Both the position numbers and the translations under genes were made by a program. This document shows positions 29,080-39,696 of a stretch of DNA of 64,000 bases, one piece after another (position 1 is the stretch's first letter; every line of letters begins with the position of its first letter). Below the pieces are notes generated by a model, which saw nothing but the letters and a program-made list of their open reading frames with translations, had not been told where the DNA came from and did not search any database. The DNA comes from an uncultured delta proteobacterium (GTDB taxonomy: Bacteria > Desulfobacterota > Syntrophobacteria > Syntrophobacterales > Syntrophobacteraceae): contig CAWEHK010000031.1 of assembly GCA_963808625.1 (NCBI GenBank), forward strand, positions 18,169 to 82,168, in the 5' to 3' direction.

Positions 29080-30534
29080 ATGAAAGAGTCCTTAGGCACA
29101 ACCGGTTTGATCCTCAATGAACCACTGCTCCTGGAAAAGGGAAAAAAGGGCCGGCAGGGCTTTTCCCTGCCTCGGCGGGATGTCGAGTCCTATCCTCTGG
29201 ATGAGGCGCTCATCGGCGAGGGCCCGAACTTTCCCGATTTGAGTGAAGTGGAAGTGGTGCGCCACTACACCCGGCTGTCCACGTGGAATTTTGGCGTCGA
29301 CACCGGCATGTACCCGCTCGGATCATGCACCATGAAGTACAACCCGAAAACGAACGAGAAGCAGGCGGCGCGGCCGGGATTTGCCCATGCCCACCCGCTG
29401 CTTCCTGGCGCCTTGTCCCAGGGGGTGCTCAAAGTGATGGTCGAGCTCGAGCGGCTCCTGGCGGAAATCACCGGCATGGATGCCGTGACCCTCCAGCCTG
29501 CCGCCGGGGCTCACGGGGAACTTGCCGGCATGCTCATCTTCCATGCTTACCACAAAAGCAAGGGCTCGCGCCGCTCCAAGATCATCGTACCCGATACCGC
29601 GCACGGCACCAATCCGGCCAGCGCCGCCCTGTGCGGCTACACCGCGGTCAATATCAAGTCCAACGAGCGGGGCGTTCTCGCTCCCGAGACCGTCGCCGCG
29701 GTCATGGATGAAGAAACCGCCGGAATCATGGTCACCAATCCCAATACCCTTGGCCTCTTTGAGGAAAACATTCGAAATGTTATCGACATCGTGCACGCCA
29801 AAGGCGGTCTGGTGTATGCCGATGGGGCCAACATGAACGCCATCATGGGCATCGTGAACGCGGGCGACCTTGGGGTGGATGTGCTGCATCTGAACCTCCA
29901 CAAGACCTTCTCGACACCCCACGGAGGCGGCGGACCCGGCGCCGGTCCCGTTTGTGTCGGAAAGCATCTCGAACCCTTCCTCCCGGTTCCCCGGGTGCTC
30001 CAGGAAAACGGAAGCTACGTTCTTTCCGAGGATTTTCCCCAGTCAATCGGGAAACTGCACGCCTTCCATGGCAACGTGGGCATCTTGATCCGGGCCTACA
30101 GCTACATTCTGAGTCTCGGAGCGGAACTGAAAAAGGCAAGCCAACTGGCGGTGTTGAATGCCAACTATATCAGGGAAAAACTCAAAGACGTCCTGCACCT
30201 CCCTTACGACCGGCCCTGCATGCACGAATGCGTCTTTACCGACAAATATCAGGCCGCACGGAAGGTAACCACCCTCGACATGGTCAAGCGGTTGATGGAC
30301 TATGGCTTCCACCCGCCTACCATCTATTTCCCGTTGGTGGTTCACGGAGCCATCATGATCGAACCGACGGAGACGGAATCGAAAGAGGATATCGATCTTT
30401 TCATTGAAGCGTTCAGAGCGATCGTCAAAGAGGCCGACGAGGATCCCGAGGCGCTTTTTTCCGCGCCCCATCATCCGAAAGTGACGAGGTTGGATGAGGT
30501 GACGGCAGCGCGCCATCCTTGCCTCACATGCTGA
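29080..30534 (+). CDS. gcvPB: Glycine dehydrogenase subunit 2
   Basis: YPLGSCTMKYNP, AHGTNPASA, HLNLHKTFSTPHGGGGPG, IEPTETES. Confidence 0.96.
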   Translation: MKESLGTTGLILNEPLLLEKGKKGRQGFSLPRRDVESYPLDEALIGEGPNFPDLSEVEVVRHYTRLSTWNFGVDTGMYPLGSCTMKYNPKTNEKQAARPGFAHAHPLLPGALSQGVLKVMVELERLLAEITGMDAVTLQPAAGAHGELAGMLIFHAYHKSKGSRRSKIIVPDTAHGTNPASAALCGYTAVNIKSNERGVLAPETVAAVMDEETAGIMVTNPNTLGLFEENIRNVIDIVHAKGGLVYADGANMNAIMGIVNAGDLGVDVLHLNLHKTFSTPHGGGGPGAGPVCVGKHLEPFLPVPRVLQENGSYVLSEDFPQSIGKLHAFHGNVGILIRAYSYILSLGAELKKASQLAVLNANYIREKLKDVLHLPYDRPCMHECVFTDKYQAARKVTTLDMVKRLMDYGFHPPTIYFPLVVHGAIMIEPTETESKEDIDLFIEAFRAIVKEADEDPEALFSAPHHPKVTRLDEVTAARHPCLTC

Positions 30535-30599
30535 AATACGATGATCTAACCGTAATTCTCAATAGCCTCAGGGCGCGAGGAACCGTGGGAGTCTCAGAT

Positions 30600-30679
30600 C
30601 GTCATTCCCGATGCTTTTAGCGGGAATCCAGGGGTCTATCAGGACTCTGGATCCCCGCTAAAAGCATGCGGGGGTGACC
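30600..30679. repeat. REP-like double hairpin without IS5 ends
   Basis: GTCATTCCCG..GCGGGAATCCAG..CTGGATCCCCGC..GCGGGGGTGAC. Confidence 0.7.
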
Positions 30680-30739
30680 TCATGGGATAAGGGGCACTCT
30701 ATTCTGGTTTGCTGACCTGAGGAATTGCGGAGAACCTGA

Positions 30740-31487
30740 GTGAAGGGCGACTGGTCAAATTCAGCGCAGCGCAGTGATGACAGAACCTGGCTCTATGTGG
30801 ATCTGCCGATGCTGGATTACGCGGACGCCTGGCGGCTGCAGCTTGAGCTGGTTGCCGCCCGGCACTCTGCAGTCTTGGACACGGATCTCATCATGCTCTT
30901 GGAACACCCGCCGGTTTTCACTCTGGGCCGCAGAGGCGGACGCGAGAACCTCACCGTCGCCGAGAGCTTTCTGCAGCAATCCGGGATCCCGATCTTCCAT
31001 GTGGAGCGGGGTGGCAACATCACATTCCACGGACCCGGCCAGCTTGTCGGGTACGGCATCATCGATCTCCATGCGGCAAGGCTGACCGTGACCGAATATG
31101 TAACATCCCTGGAAGAAATCATGATCCGCACCGCAGCCGACTGGGGTGTGATCGCCGAACGCAATCCCATGAACCGGGGGGTCTGGGTCAACAACAGCAA
31201 ATTGGGCAGTGTCGGGATCGCTGTTCGCCGCGGCATCACGTTCCACGGTTTTGCCTTCAATGTGAACATCTCCCTGGAACCGTTTTCCTGGATCAACCCG
31301 TGCGGGCTCAAAGGCATCGGGGTGACCTCTCTGGCGCGGGAGCTCGCGCGCTACGTTGTCAACCGGAGAAGTCCGCGAAACCCTGAAAAGCAACATCGAA
31401 TCGGTTTTCCAGGTAAAGCTGGCGGCGACCGAACTGGCAGCGGTGCGGGCAATGCTGCAAAGAACGACTTGTTCCGAGGACCGCTGA
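30740..31487 (+). CDS. lipB: Lipoyl(octanoyl) transferase (frameshift near 31350)
   Basis: LEHPPVFTLGR, RGGNITFHGPGQLVGY, KLGSVG, HGFAFNV, INPCG. Confidence 0.92.
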
Positions 31488-31675
31488 GGAGGTGTCTAAG
31501 GACCCTTAGCATGGTGCCTTTGTGGTGATTGCCGCGAACTGCCATGACTCAGGAAGCAACCCGAGATCGTCATTCCCGCATGCTCGAAGCGGGAATCCAG
31601 GTGCCTTCTGATCCCCCTGGACCCCCGCCAGAAACACGCCGGGGTGACGACTCGAGGATTTTTTTAGAGGCGCTC
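31488..31675. mobile_element. MITE (~188 bp), same family as 1334-1519
   Basis: GGAGGTGTCTAA left end, TTTTTTAGAGGCGCTC right end; shared TGATTGCCGC and double-hairpin core. Confidence 0.6.
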
Positions 31676-31688
31676 TAAAAGTACGCAG

Positions 31689-32597
31689 ATGGAAGCCACC
31701 ATGCCAGAAGACCGGGAAACCAAGCCGTGCCTGCGCAAACCCCACTGGCTCAAACGGCGCCTCCCGACGGGACCCGATTACGAGAAGATAAGGTCCCTAA
31801 TCAAGGAAGGGGGACTTCATACCGTCTGTCAGGAAGCCCGGTGCCCCAACCAGTGGGAGTGCTTTTCATGCCGGACGGCGACCTTTTTGATCATGGGTCC
31901 CCGGTGCACGCGCGCCTGCCGGTTCTGCGCCGTGGAACATGGACCTCTGGCTCCGCCCGATCCCGGGGAACCGGCCAGGGTCGCCGCTGCCGCACAGCGC
32001 ATGGGATTGCGTTATGTGGTGGTCACCTCGGTCACTCGTGACGATCTTCCCGACGGGGGAGCCGGCATCTTCGCCGAGACCGTAAGAGCGATCCGCAGCA
32101 GATTGCCCGGGGCCTTCATCGAGGTCCTCATCCCCGATTTTCAAGGTGATCTGGAAGCGTTGCGGACGGTCGTCACCGCCCGTCCCGACGTCCTGAACCA
32201 CAACCTGGAAACGGTCCCGCGCCTCTATCCTTCGGTCCGACCCGGGGCGAAATATGTCCGTTCTCTCGATCTTCTGAGAAATGCCAGGCTATGCGCTTCC
32301 TCACTCCCCACCAAATCGGGCATGATGCTGGGCCTGGGTGAATCGCCCGAAGAGATTCACCAGACGCTGCAGGACCTCCTCGATACCGGCTGCAGCATGC
32401 TCACTCTGGGGCAATATCTCCAGCCCTCGAAAGCGCACCTTGAGGTGGTGCGTTACGTTCCTCCCGAAGAATTCGACCGCTGGAGGGAAGTCGCCATGGC
32501 CATGGGCTTCGCCCGAGTTGCGAGCGGCCCTTTCGTGCGCAGTTCCTACCACGCCGGGGATCTCTTTCAGACGATGCAGGACGAACGCAGCCAATAA
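31689..32597 (+). CDS. lipA: Lipoyl synthase, copy 1 (intact)
   Basis: [34 protein letters not shown]. Confidence 0.96.
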   Translation: MEATMPEDRETKPCLRKPHWLKRRLPTGPDYEKIRSLIKEGGLHTVCQEARCPNQWECFSCRTATFLIMGPRCTRACRFCAVEHGPLAPPDPGEPARVAAAAQRMGLRYVVVTSVTRDDLPDGGAGIFAETVRAIRSRLPGAFIEVLIPDFQGDLEALRTVVTARPDVLNHNLETVPRLYPSVRPGAKYVRSLDLLRNARLCASSLPTKSGMMLGLGESPEEIHQTLQDLLDTGCSMLTLGQYLQPSKAHLEVVRYVPPEEFDRWREVAMAMGFARVASGPFVRSSYHAGDLFQTMQDERSQ

Positions 32598-32697
32598 GGC
32601 CCACCACTTCGAAGGGCTGCATACGGACACCTTCAAAGAATGGACCGCCTTTTACACGAAAGAAATCCCGTTGGGTAAAGGGACCTTTTTCCGGACC

Positions 32698-32954
32698 TCA
32701 CGGTATCAGCAGGGTGGGCACATCGGAAGTTTCTGCTATGCGTTGTGACAAACTGCCAAGAAAAAAGGCGTGGACCCGGTCTTTTCCGGTGGTGCCCAGA
32801 ACCGTCATGGTGGAGTTCAGCTCACGACCAAGCCGTAAAATTTCAGACGCGGTATGCCCTGCGACAAGATGCGGTTCGGCCTCGATCCCGGCTTTCCGCA
32901 GGATATCACAGTAATGATCCAAACGATCCCTGCCTTCCGCCTCAATGGGTTTCC
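32698..32954 (-). pseudogene. Universal stress protein, C-terminal fragment
   Basis: Matches the 3' end of the usp at 36744-37000; cut at the Y1-transposase element boundary. Confidence 0.8.
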
Positions 32955-32967
32955 CGGGTTCGCGGAT

Positions 32968-33900
32968 CGGGGCGGGCCACTGCAAGTGCTTGACATTTCA
33001 TCACAAGGTGGCGCAAAATGGCCCTATTTTCAGCTTAAAGAGCGATTTTTGAAAAATGAGCGTCTAAGGCAGAGGGAAGATCATGGCAAGGGCTAAGCGT
33101 CACTACTTACCGGGATACGCCTGGCACCTAACTCACCGCTGTCATGAGAGGGAGTTCCTGCTCAGGTTCGGGAGAGACCGCCGGAGATGGGCACAATGGT
33201 TGTTCGAGGCAAAAAAGCGTTATGGTCTGTGCATTCTCAACTACATGATCACTTCCAATCACATCTTCTGGTTTTTGACCGTGGTGAGCGTGAGGTGATC
33301 CCGAAGTCCATGCAACTGGTTGCAGGAAGAACCGGTCAGGAGTACAACCAGAGAAAAAAACGCAAGGGGACCTTTTGGGAGGATCGTTACCATGCAACGG
33401 CGGTGGAGACCAACCAACATCTTGTTCAGTGTCTGGTCTATATGGGTTTGAACATGGTACGGGCCGGTGCGGTAAGCCATCCCTATGACTGGGAGGGGAG
33501 CGGATGCAGGGAGATCCAGGAGCCTCGCCAGAGGTACGCATTGATCGATCATCAGTGCCTCATGGACCTGCTCAACATCCCCTCCATGGAGATGCTCCAA
33601 AGGTCGCACAAGGAATGGGTGGAGGAATCTCTCAGAGTCGAGAGAAGTACTAGAGACGGCAAGTGGTCAGAGAGCATAGCGGTGGGAAACGAAGGGTTTG
33701 TCGCAATGGTGAAGAAACAGCTGGGTATAAGAGCTAAGGGCAGGAAGATCGCTGAAGCGGTCGGCGAGTGCCAACTCCGGGAGGCACAGTCTTCTTACAG
33801 CACCATTTTCGGTGTTCAGAATGGCCTTTTAAGCTCAAATAACCTGCATTTTTGGGAAATTTCTCCCGTCACAACGACTGGATAGCGTGACCCAACCCCG
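32968..33900 (+). mobile_element. Y1/RAYT-type HUH transposase element (CDS 33083-33885, frameshift in the HUH motif)
   Basis: MARAKRH, WHLTHRCH, YMITSNHI(H)LL, GTFWEDRY, YMGLNMVRAG; imperfect IRs CGGGGCGGGCCA / TGACCCAACCCCG. Confidence 0.8.
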
Positions 33901-34096
33901 TTTGACGTTTGAAGGATGAGGCGAGAAAGAATCCAAATGGCATCCTTGGCTGGTACTGGAACTATGTTTCGACAGAGCCGTTTTGGGAATAGAGCGGAGG
34001 CGTATCAGTTTCTAGTCTACGGCTTGGCTTCAGAAGAAATCTCAAAGGTGGGTTTTCAACTTGTTTCTTAAATCATGAGGTTGATGGAATTTTGAG

Positions 34097-34408
34097 GTGG
34101 AAATGATCCATGAGATTCGTCTGAAGATCAGGATGCGCCAGTATGAGTTTTCCAAACATGCTGTCGATCAAAGCATCATTCGAGACATAAGCGTCGCGGA
34201 GATAGAAGATGCGATAGCCAGCCGCAGCGAAATAATTGAGGATTACCCGGAAGACAAGTATGGCCCAAGTTGTCTCATCCTTGGGCGCACGCAAGCGGCC
34301 CGGCCACTCCATATTCATTGCAGCTATCCGAACCGGCCGCTTCTCAAGATCATCACCCTCTACGAGCCTGATCCCAAACTATGGATCGACTTCCGAGTCA
34401 GAAGGTGA
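34097..34408 (+). CDS. DUF4258 domain protein (putative toxin)
   Basis: FSKHA, EIIEDYPEDKYGPSCLILG, RPLHI, ITLYEPDP..W. Confidence 0.85.
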   Translation: MEMIHEIRLKIRMRQYEFSKHAVDQSIIRDISVAEIEDAIASRSEIIEDYPEDKYGPSCLILGRTQAARPLHIHCSYPNRPLLKIITLYEPDPKLWIDFRVRR

Positions 34409-34426
34409 CATGAAGGGAACTATGGC

Positions 34427-34636
34427 ATGAAAGAGACGATGGTAGATACCAGAGTAACTTACACCCTGGAATATGGCGGCAACTTCTTCATTGTTGAAAA
34501 TGTGCCTGCACGAGTTTGCCAAGAGACGGGAGAGCAGTATTTTGCTCCTGAGACCGTCGAACATATCCGAGGCATCATTAAGAGCCGGAAAAGGCCCGCC
34601 AGGGTCATCGAAACCCCTGTGTACAGTTATGCGTGA
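34427..34636 (+). CDS. YgiT-type zinc-finger protein (putative antitoxin)
   Basis: VTYTLE..IVENVPARVCQETGEQYF; follows DUF4258. Confidence 0.85.
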   Translation: MKETMVDTRVTYTLEYGGNFFIVENVPARVCQETGEQYFAPETVEHIRGIIKSRKRPARVIETPVYSYA

Positions 34637-35039
34637 GAGCTGCCGTGATTGGACTCATTTCCTATTGTGCCGGTCGGCAGGGATCACGGGTCACTGATTC
34701 GTGACGTTATTCTTTCATGGGGCCTCATTTGTCAGAATATCCACCCGGCGCTCGGGAATCGTGCGCGCGATCAAGGTCTTTGCGAAGAGCTCCCGGGCTA
34801 GGTTCTGGATTGGTTCGGCGGTTACTGCTTCAATCAGCAGGATATACCTTTCATCGTAATTCCAGCCGCTTTTCATCCGTCATTGCACTCATTGAGGTAC
34901 TGACCCAGCCTATCCGAGAAACCAACCGGGAGCTTGCCGAGAAGTATCGGCCTTCCTTCTGCATTCGTTTAATTTCACCCTTTACGGCATTGACCCCATC
35001 ATCGCCTCGAAAGCCGCCGAACTGCGCACACAATATGAT

Positions 35040-35230
35040 CTCAGAACGCCTGATGCCATTCAATTGGATTGGGATTCTCGTGAAGTTCGGTGATGAGACC
35101 GTCGGACGGGTGTTCGCCGACGGGACCGTCTCAAAGGGCGTGACACCCGAGGACAGGAAGAAATCCGAGCAGGGCGGCGTTCTGGCCAGGGAAATCCTGC
35201 GAAGGGCCGGAGCGGCTGACGAGTCCATTA
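35040..35230 (+). pseudogene. Internal gene fragment, possibly GMC oxidoreductase-like
   Basis: IGILVKFGDETVGRV..VSKGVTPEDRKK..AREILRRAGA; no start, fused to the duplication boundary. Confidence 0.35.
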
Positions 35231-35545
35231 TGGGTCAACAACAGCAAATTGGGCAGTGTCGGGATCGCTGTTCGCCGCGGCATCACCTTCCACGGTTTTG
35301 CCTTCAATGTGAACATCTCACTGGAACCGTTTTCCTGGATCAACCCTTGTGGGCTCAAAGGCATCGGGGTGACCTCCCTGGCGCGGGAGCTCGCGCGCAC
35401 GTTGTCAATCGGAGATGTCCGTGAAACCCTGAAGAGTAACCTCGAATCGGTTTTCCAGGTAAAGCTGGCGGCGACCGAACTGGCAGCGGTGCAGGCAATG
35501 CTGCAAAGATCGACTTGTTCCAAGGACCACCGAGGAGGTGTCTAA
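35231..35545 (+). pseudogene. lipB: lipB 3' fragment
   Basis: KLGSVGIAVRRGITFHGFAFNV..INPCG without the N-terminal half. Confidence 0.85.
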
Positions 35546-35720
35546 AACCCCTTAGCATGGGCCTTTGTGGTGATTGCCGCGAACTGCCATAACTCACGAA
35601 GCAACCCGAGATCGTCATTCCCGCACGCTTTGTGCGGGAACCCAGGTGCGTTTTGATCCCCCTGGACCCCCGTCAGAAACATGCGGGGGTGACGACTCGA
35701 AGACCTTTCCAGAGACGCTC
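35534..35720. mobile_element. MITE (~187 bp), duplicate of 31488-31675
   Basis: GGAGGTGTCTAAAA left end, AGAGACGCTC right end, double-hairpin core. Confidence 0.6.
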
Positions 35721-35733
35721 TAAAAGAACGTAG

Positions 35734-36643
35734 ATGGAAGCCATCATGACAGAAGACCGGGAAACCAGGCCGCGCCAGCGCAAACCCCACTGGCTCAAAC
35801 GGCGCCTCCCGACGGGACCCGATTACGAGAAGGTTAGGTCCCTCATCAAGGAGGGAGCACTTCATACCGTCTGTCAGGAAGCCCGGTGCCCCAACCAGTG
35901 GGAGTGCTTTTCATGCCGGACGGCGACCTTTTTGATCATGGGTTCCCGGTGCACGCGCGCCTGCCGGTTCTGCGCCGTGGAACATGGACCTTTGGCTCCG
36001 CCCGATCCCGGGGAACCGGCCAGAGTCGCCGCTGCCGCACAGCGCATGGGATTGCGCTATGTGGTGGTCACCTCGGTCACTCGTGACGATCTTCCGGACG
36101 GAGGAGCCGGCATCTTCGCCGAGACCGTAAGAGCGATCCGCAGCAGATTGCCCGGGGCCTTCATCGAGGTCCTCATCCCCGATTTTCAAGGTGATATGGA
36201 AGCGTTGCGGACGGTCCTCACCGCCCGCCCCGACGTCCTGAACCACAACCTGGAAACGGTCCCGCGCCTCTATCCTTCGGTCCGACCCGGAGCAAAATAT
36301 GTCCGTTCTCTCGATCTTCTGAGAAATGCCAGGCGTATGCGCTTCCTCACTCCCCACCAAATCGGGCCTGATGCTGGGCCTGGGTGAATCGCCGGAAGAG
36401 ATTCACCAGACGCTGGAGGACCTCCTCGATACCGGCTGCAGCATGCTCACTCTGGGACAATATCTCCAGCCCTCGAAAGCGCACCTTGAGGTGGTGCGGT
36501 ACGTTCCTCCCGAAGAATTCGATCGCTGGAGGGAAGTCGCCATGGCATTGGGCTTCGCCCGAGTTGCGAGCGGCCCTTTCGTGCGCAGTTCCTACCACGC
36601 CAGGGACCTCTTTCAGACGATGCAGGACGAACCCAGCCAATAA
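35734..36643 (+). CDS. lipA: Lipoyl synthase, copy 2 (1-nt frameshift near 36335)
   Basis: Same Cys motifs as copy 1; split between ORFs 35734-36387 and 36326-36643. Confidence 0.88.
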
Positions 36644-36743
36644 GGCCCACCACTTCGAAGGGCTGCATACGGACACCTTCAACGAATGGACCGTCTTTTA
36701 CACGAAAGAAATCCCGTTGGGTAAAGGTACCTTTTTCCGGACC

Positions 36744-37635
36744 TCACGGTATCAGCAGGGTGGGCACATCGGAAGTTTCTGCTATGCGTTGTGATAAACT
36801 GCCAAGAAAAAAGGCGTGGACCCGGTCTTTTCCGGTGGTGCCCAGAACCGTCATGGTGGAGTTCAGCTCGCGACCAAGCCGTAAAATTTCAGACGCGGTA
36901 TGCCCCGCGACAAGATGCGGTTCGGCCTCGATCCCGGCTTTCCGCAGGATATCACAGTAATGATCCAAACGATCCCTGCCTTCCGCCTCAATGGGTTTCC
37001 ATTCTGATGTACCATGCTCCCGGGATGCTTTCAGGGCAATGACATGCGCCACATCCACCTTCTGTACTGCGCTTCGAAGAGCCATCAATAAACTGAAGTG
37101 CACGCTCCGAGGGCGGTGACCAGTCCGTTGCAAACAACGGCCTGTGGAACGGATGCTCATTCAGACGTCTGACGCACTCTCCATTGATATCACAGGATAC
37201 CATGTATTTGCTTACGAGGACCGGAATGCTGGCGCTCCGCCGCAACAACTCGAGCGTGTGTGAGCCCACCCAGATTTGTTCAAGACTGGTTTTCTCCGTT
37301 CTGCCGCTCACGATCAGATCCACTTTCTCTGCTTCCGCAATCTTCATGATCTCCGGCACGGGATCTCCCACCTCGATGAAGACCTTTGCGCCCACCCCCG
37401 CCTTCCCAATATCATCCTGCCAATCTTCAAAGCGAATCCTCGCCTCCTCCCGCAATCGTTCCTCTTCATCCTTGAGGTAGCCCCCAAACGGGACAAACGC
37501 CACCTCATCGCGCGGGATGATATGGGTCAAAATAATTTCTTCCATCCCCGCCTGCTTGAGGTCAAGGAGGGACTTGATCGCATCGAGGGTCAACGCGCTG
37601 AATTTCGTGGCAAATAGAATTTTCTTAAGGTTCAC
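36744..37635 (-). CDS. Two-domain universal stress protein (frameshifted)
   Basis: KKILFATKFS, GDPVPEI, PLFATDWSPPS, VLGTTG..FLGSLSQRI..PTLLIP. Confidence 0.88.
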
Positions 37636-37651
37636 GGAAATTCCCTCCTTG

Positions 37652-39100
37652 CTAGAGGAAGAAGATTAAGGTGACCAGGGCGAATGTCGTGCACAGAATG
37701 GGAATAGAATACTTGATCATATACCCGAAGAAGCTTGGCATCGGTGTTCCCGCTTCCTCAGCAATGGATCTTACCATAAAGTTGGGCGCATTGCCGATGT
37801 AGGTGTTGGCTCCCATGAAGACCGCCCCGCAGGAGATGGCCTTGAGGGTGATGGCGTTTTCGGCAATGAGCTTCGGAACCGCCAGCGACTCGGGCATGCC
37901 CGGATAGAACCTTCCGAGCGCAGCACTGAAGAAGGTCAGATAGGTCGGCGCATTATCCAGAAAGCTTGAAAGGATTCCCGATGCCCAGAAAAAGTGCGCC
38001 GGGTCCTTCACCGCCTCGATGACAAAGTCTGCGGCGCCTTTGGACCCCGCCTTCAGGATGAGGAGACATGGCACCATGCTGATGAATATTCCCGCGAAGA
38101 GGTACGCGACTTCCAGCATCGGTGCCCACGTGAAATCATTGTCCTCCCTGACCTTCCTGGCCGTGGTTACGAGCGAAAGCGTTCCCATGAGGATCAGGAT
38201 GCCGTCTCGAACCAGATCCACCCATGCACGGTGCACCCCGAAAAGATTGATCGAAGCCCGATCATACAGACCACTCATCAACACCGCGCCCACAATTCCC
38301 GCCAAAAATAGAAAATTGAGCGATCCGTCCACTCGCAAAGGTTCCCTGTCTTCTGCCTCGACCGGCGCCGTTACCCCCTCCTTTTTGTACAGATACAGGT
38401 CCATGACAAAGTACATACCCAGCACTATCGCTACCACTGTCAACATCTGCGGGAGGAGGCTGAAGGTCCACGTGAAGGGGACGCCATGAAGGAACCCCAG
38501 AAACAGCGGCGGGTCTCCCAGCGGTGTCAGGGAGCCGCCGATATTTGCCACCAGGAAGATAAAAAAGACCACCATGAAGCTTCGGTTCTTCCGGTAGTCA
38601 TTGGCCCGCAGAAACGGCCGTATCATAAGCATCGCCGCTCCCGTGGTGCCCATCCACGAGGCCATGGCCGTACCGATGAGGAGCATGAGGCTGTTTACCG
38701 CCGGTGTCCCCCTGAGCGTCCCCCGCAGGAGTATCCCCCCCGAGACCGTATAGAGCGCCCAGAGGAGAATGATGAACGGCACGTAGTCCGCGAGCATGAC
38801 GTGATAAAACTCAAAGGACGCCGTCCAACCATAGGCTGTCACCATGGGGATGGCGGTAGCCATAGCCCAGAAGGCGGCGACCTTGGCGAAATGGTGGTGC
38901 CAGAATTTGGGGGCAAGGAGAGGCAAGAGGGCAATAGACAGGAGCATCCCCATAAAAGGTACCCCGCTGTAGACCGGGAGCACCTCACCCAGATTGACTC
39001 CGCCATGCTCCGGCGCGGGCCCCGAAGCGAGCGCAAACGACGGCGCTGCTGTGTAACAGAGCAACCCGAACAGAACTGTTAACCATCTTCCACGCATCAT
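37652..39100 (-). CDS. Putative sodium:proton antiporter (IT superfamily, CitMHS-like)
   Basis: Many TM segments; NIGGSLTPLGDPPLFLGFL, LSSFLDNAPTYL, GANTYIGNAPNFMV. Confidence 0.88.
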   Translation of the reverse strand: MMRGRWLTVLFGLLCYTAAPSFALASGPAPEHGGVNLGEVLPVYSGVPFMGMLLSIALLPLLAPKFWHHHFAKVAAFWAMATAIPMVTAYGWTASFEFYHVMLADYVPFIILLWALYTVSGGILLRGTLRGTPAVNSLMLLIGTAMASWMGTTGAAMLMIRPFLRANDYRKNRSFMVVFFIFLVANIGGSLTPLGDPPLFLGFLHGVPFTWTFSLLPQMLTVVAIVLGMYFVMDLYLYKKEGVTAPVEAEDREPLRVDGSLNFLFLAGIVGAVLMSGLYDRASINLFGVHRAWVDLVRDGILILMGTLSLVTTARKVREDNDFTWAPMLEVAYLFAGIFISMVPCLLILKAGSKGAADFVIEAVKDPAHFFWASGILSSFLDNAPTYLTFFSAALGRFYPGMPESLAVPKLIAENAITLKAISCGAVFMGANTYIGNAPNFMVRSIAEEAGTPMPSFFGYMIKYSIPILCTTFALVTLIFFL

Positions 39101-39286
39101 GCCTTTCCTCCTTTGTCACTCCCTCATACCATCGCACGACATTCTGCGTCATCACAAGTTCTTTCCTGTAACAATTGATTTCCCCAATGGTAACTGCAGT
39201 GATACACATGGCGCGTAAGGTGTATAATCGTGGCCGTGCGCACAAAATCCTGCAAGGCTAACCCTGCAAACAAGGAGAAAAAAGAT
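39089..39286 (+). repeat. 198-bp direct repeat, copy 1 (antiporter start plus divergent promoter region)
   Basis: Matches 43758-43955 with one mismatch seen. Confidence 0.92.
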
Positions 39287-39450
39287 TAACCGCTGAAAGC
39301 ATCTAAGCGGGACCCCCCCAAGATGAGAGTTCCCCTCTGGAGCGATCCAGGCTGAAGGCCCCTTGAAGACCACAAGGTTGATAGGTCGGGTGTGTAAGGG
39401 CAGCAATGTTTTGAGCTAACCGATCCTAATGGGCCGTGCGGCTTGACCAT
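39287..39450 (+). rRNA. rrl: 23S rRNA 3'-terminal fragment only (~165 nt)
   Basis: TAACCGCTGAAAGCATCTAAGC..GTTGATAGG..GTGTAAG..GCTTGACCAT; no upstream 23S or 16S. Confidence 0.85.
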
Positions 39451-39530
39451 TCTAAAAAAGGCAATTGGTCGAGATCAGGACGCGGACTACGCAAACAAAG
39501 AGATCCCTATTCGGTAAGAGCAATCGATTT

Positions 39531-39650
39531 GAGGCGGTGGCGTTAGCGAGGAGGCCACACCCGTTCCCATCCCGAACACGGTCGTTAAGCTCCTCAGCGC
39601 CGATGGTACTGCGCGGGCGACTGCGTGGCAGAGTAGGTCGCCGCCGCCTC
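39531..39650 (+). rRNA. rrf: 5S rRNA
   Basis: CACACCCGTTCCCATCCCGAACACGG..GTTAAGC..CGCCGATGGTACT..GAGTAGGTCG; terminal helix GAGGCGGTGGC/GCCGCCGCCTC. Confidence 0.93.
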
Positions 39651-39661
39651 AATCCTTAATG

Positions 39662-39696
39662 AGCTGGGTGGAAGTTTCCTTCTCCCGGCTTTTTTA
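39662..39696 (+). terminator. Intrinsic terminator after the 5S gene
   Basis: AGCTGGG..CCCGGCT followed by a T-run. Confidence 0.6.

Larger units (their letters stand above)
31184..32954 (+). repeat. Copy A of a ~1.77-kb direct duplication (lipB 3' half, MITE, lipA, phaE-like fragment, usp 3' end)
   Basis: Colinear with 35231-37000 with scattered substitutions. Confidence 0.92.
35231..37000 (+). repeat. Copy B of the ~1.77-kb direct duplication
   Basis: Begins TGGGTCAACAACAGC and ends CAATGGGTTTCC, like copy A. Confidence 0.92.

Noticed and set aside
34717..35424. 235-aa ORF as a real gene
   Set aside because: It reads through a mosaic of scraps (PIN-like SSVIALIEVLTQP, an oxidoreductase-like piece, out-of-frame lipB)
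39287..39650. A complete rRNA operon
   Set aside because: Only the last ~165 nt of 23S plus 5S are present; upstream is the antiporter/ald intergenic region
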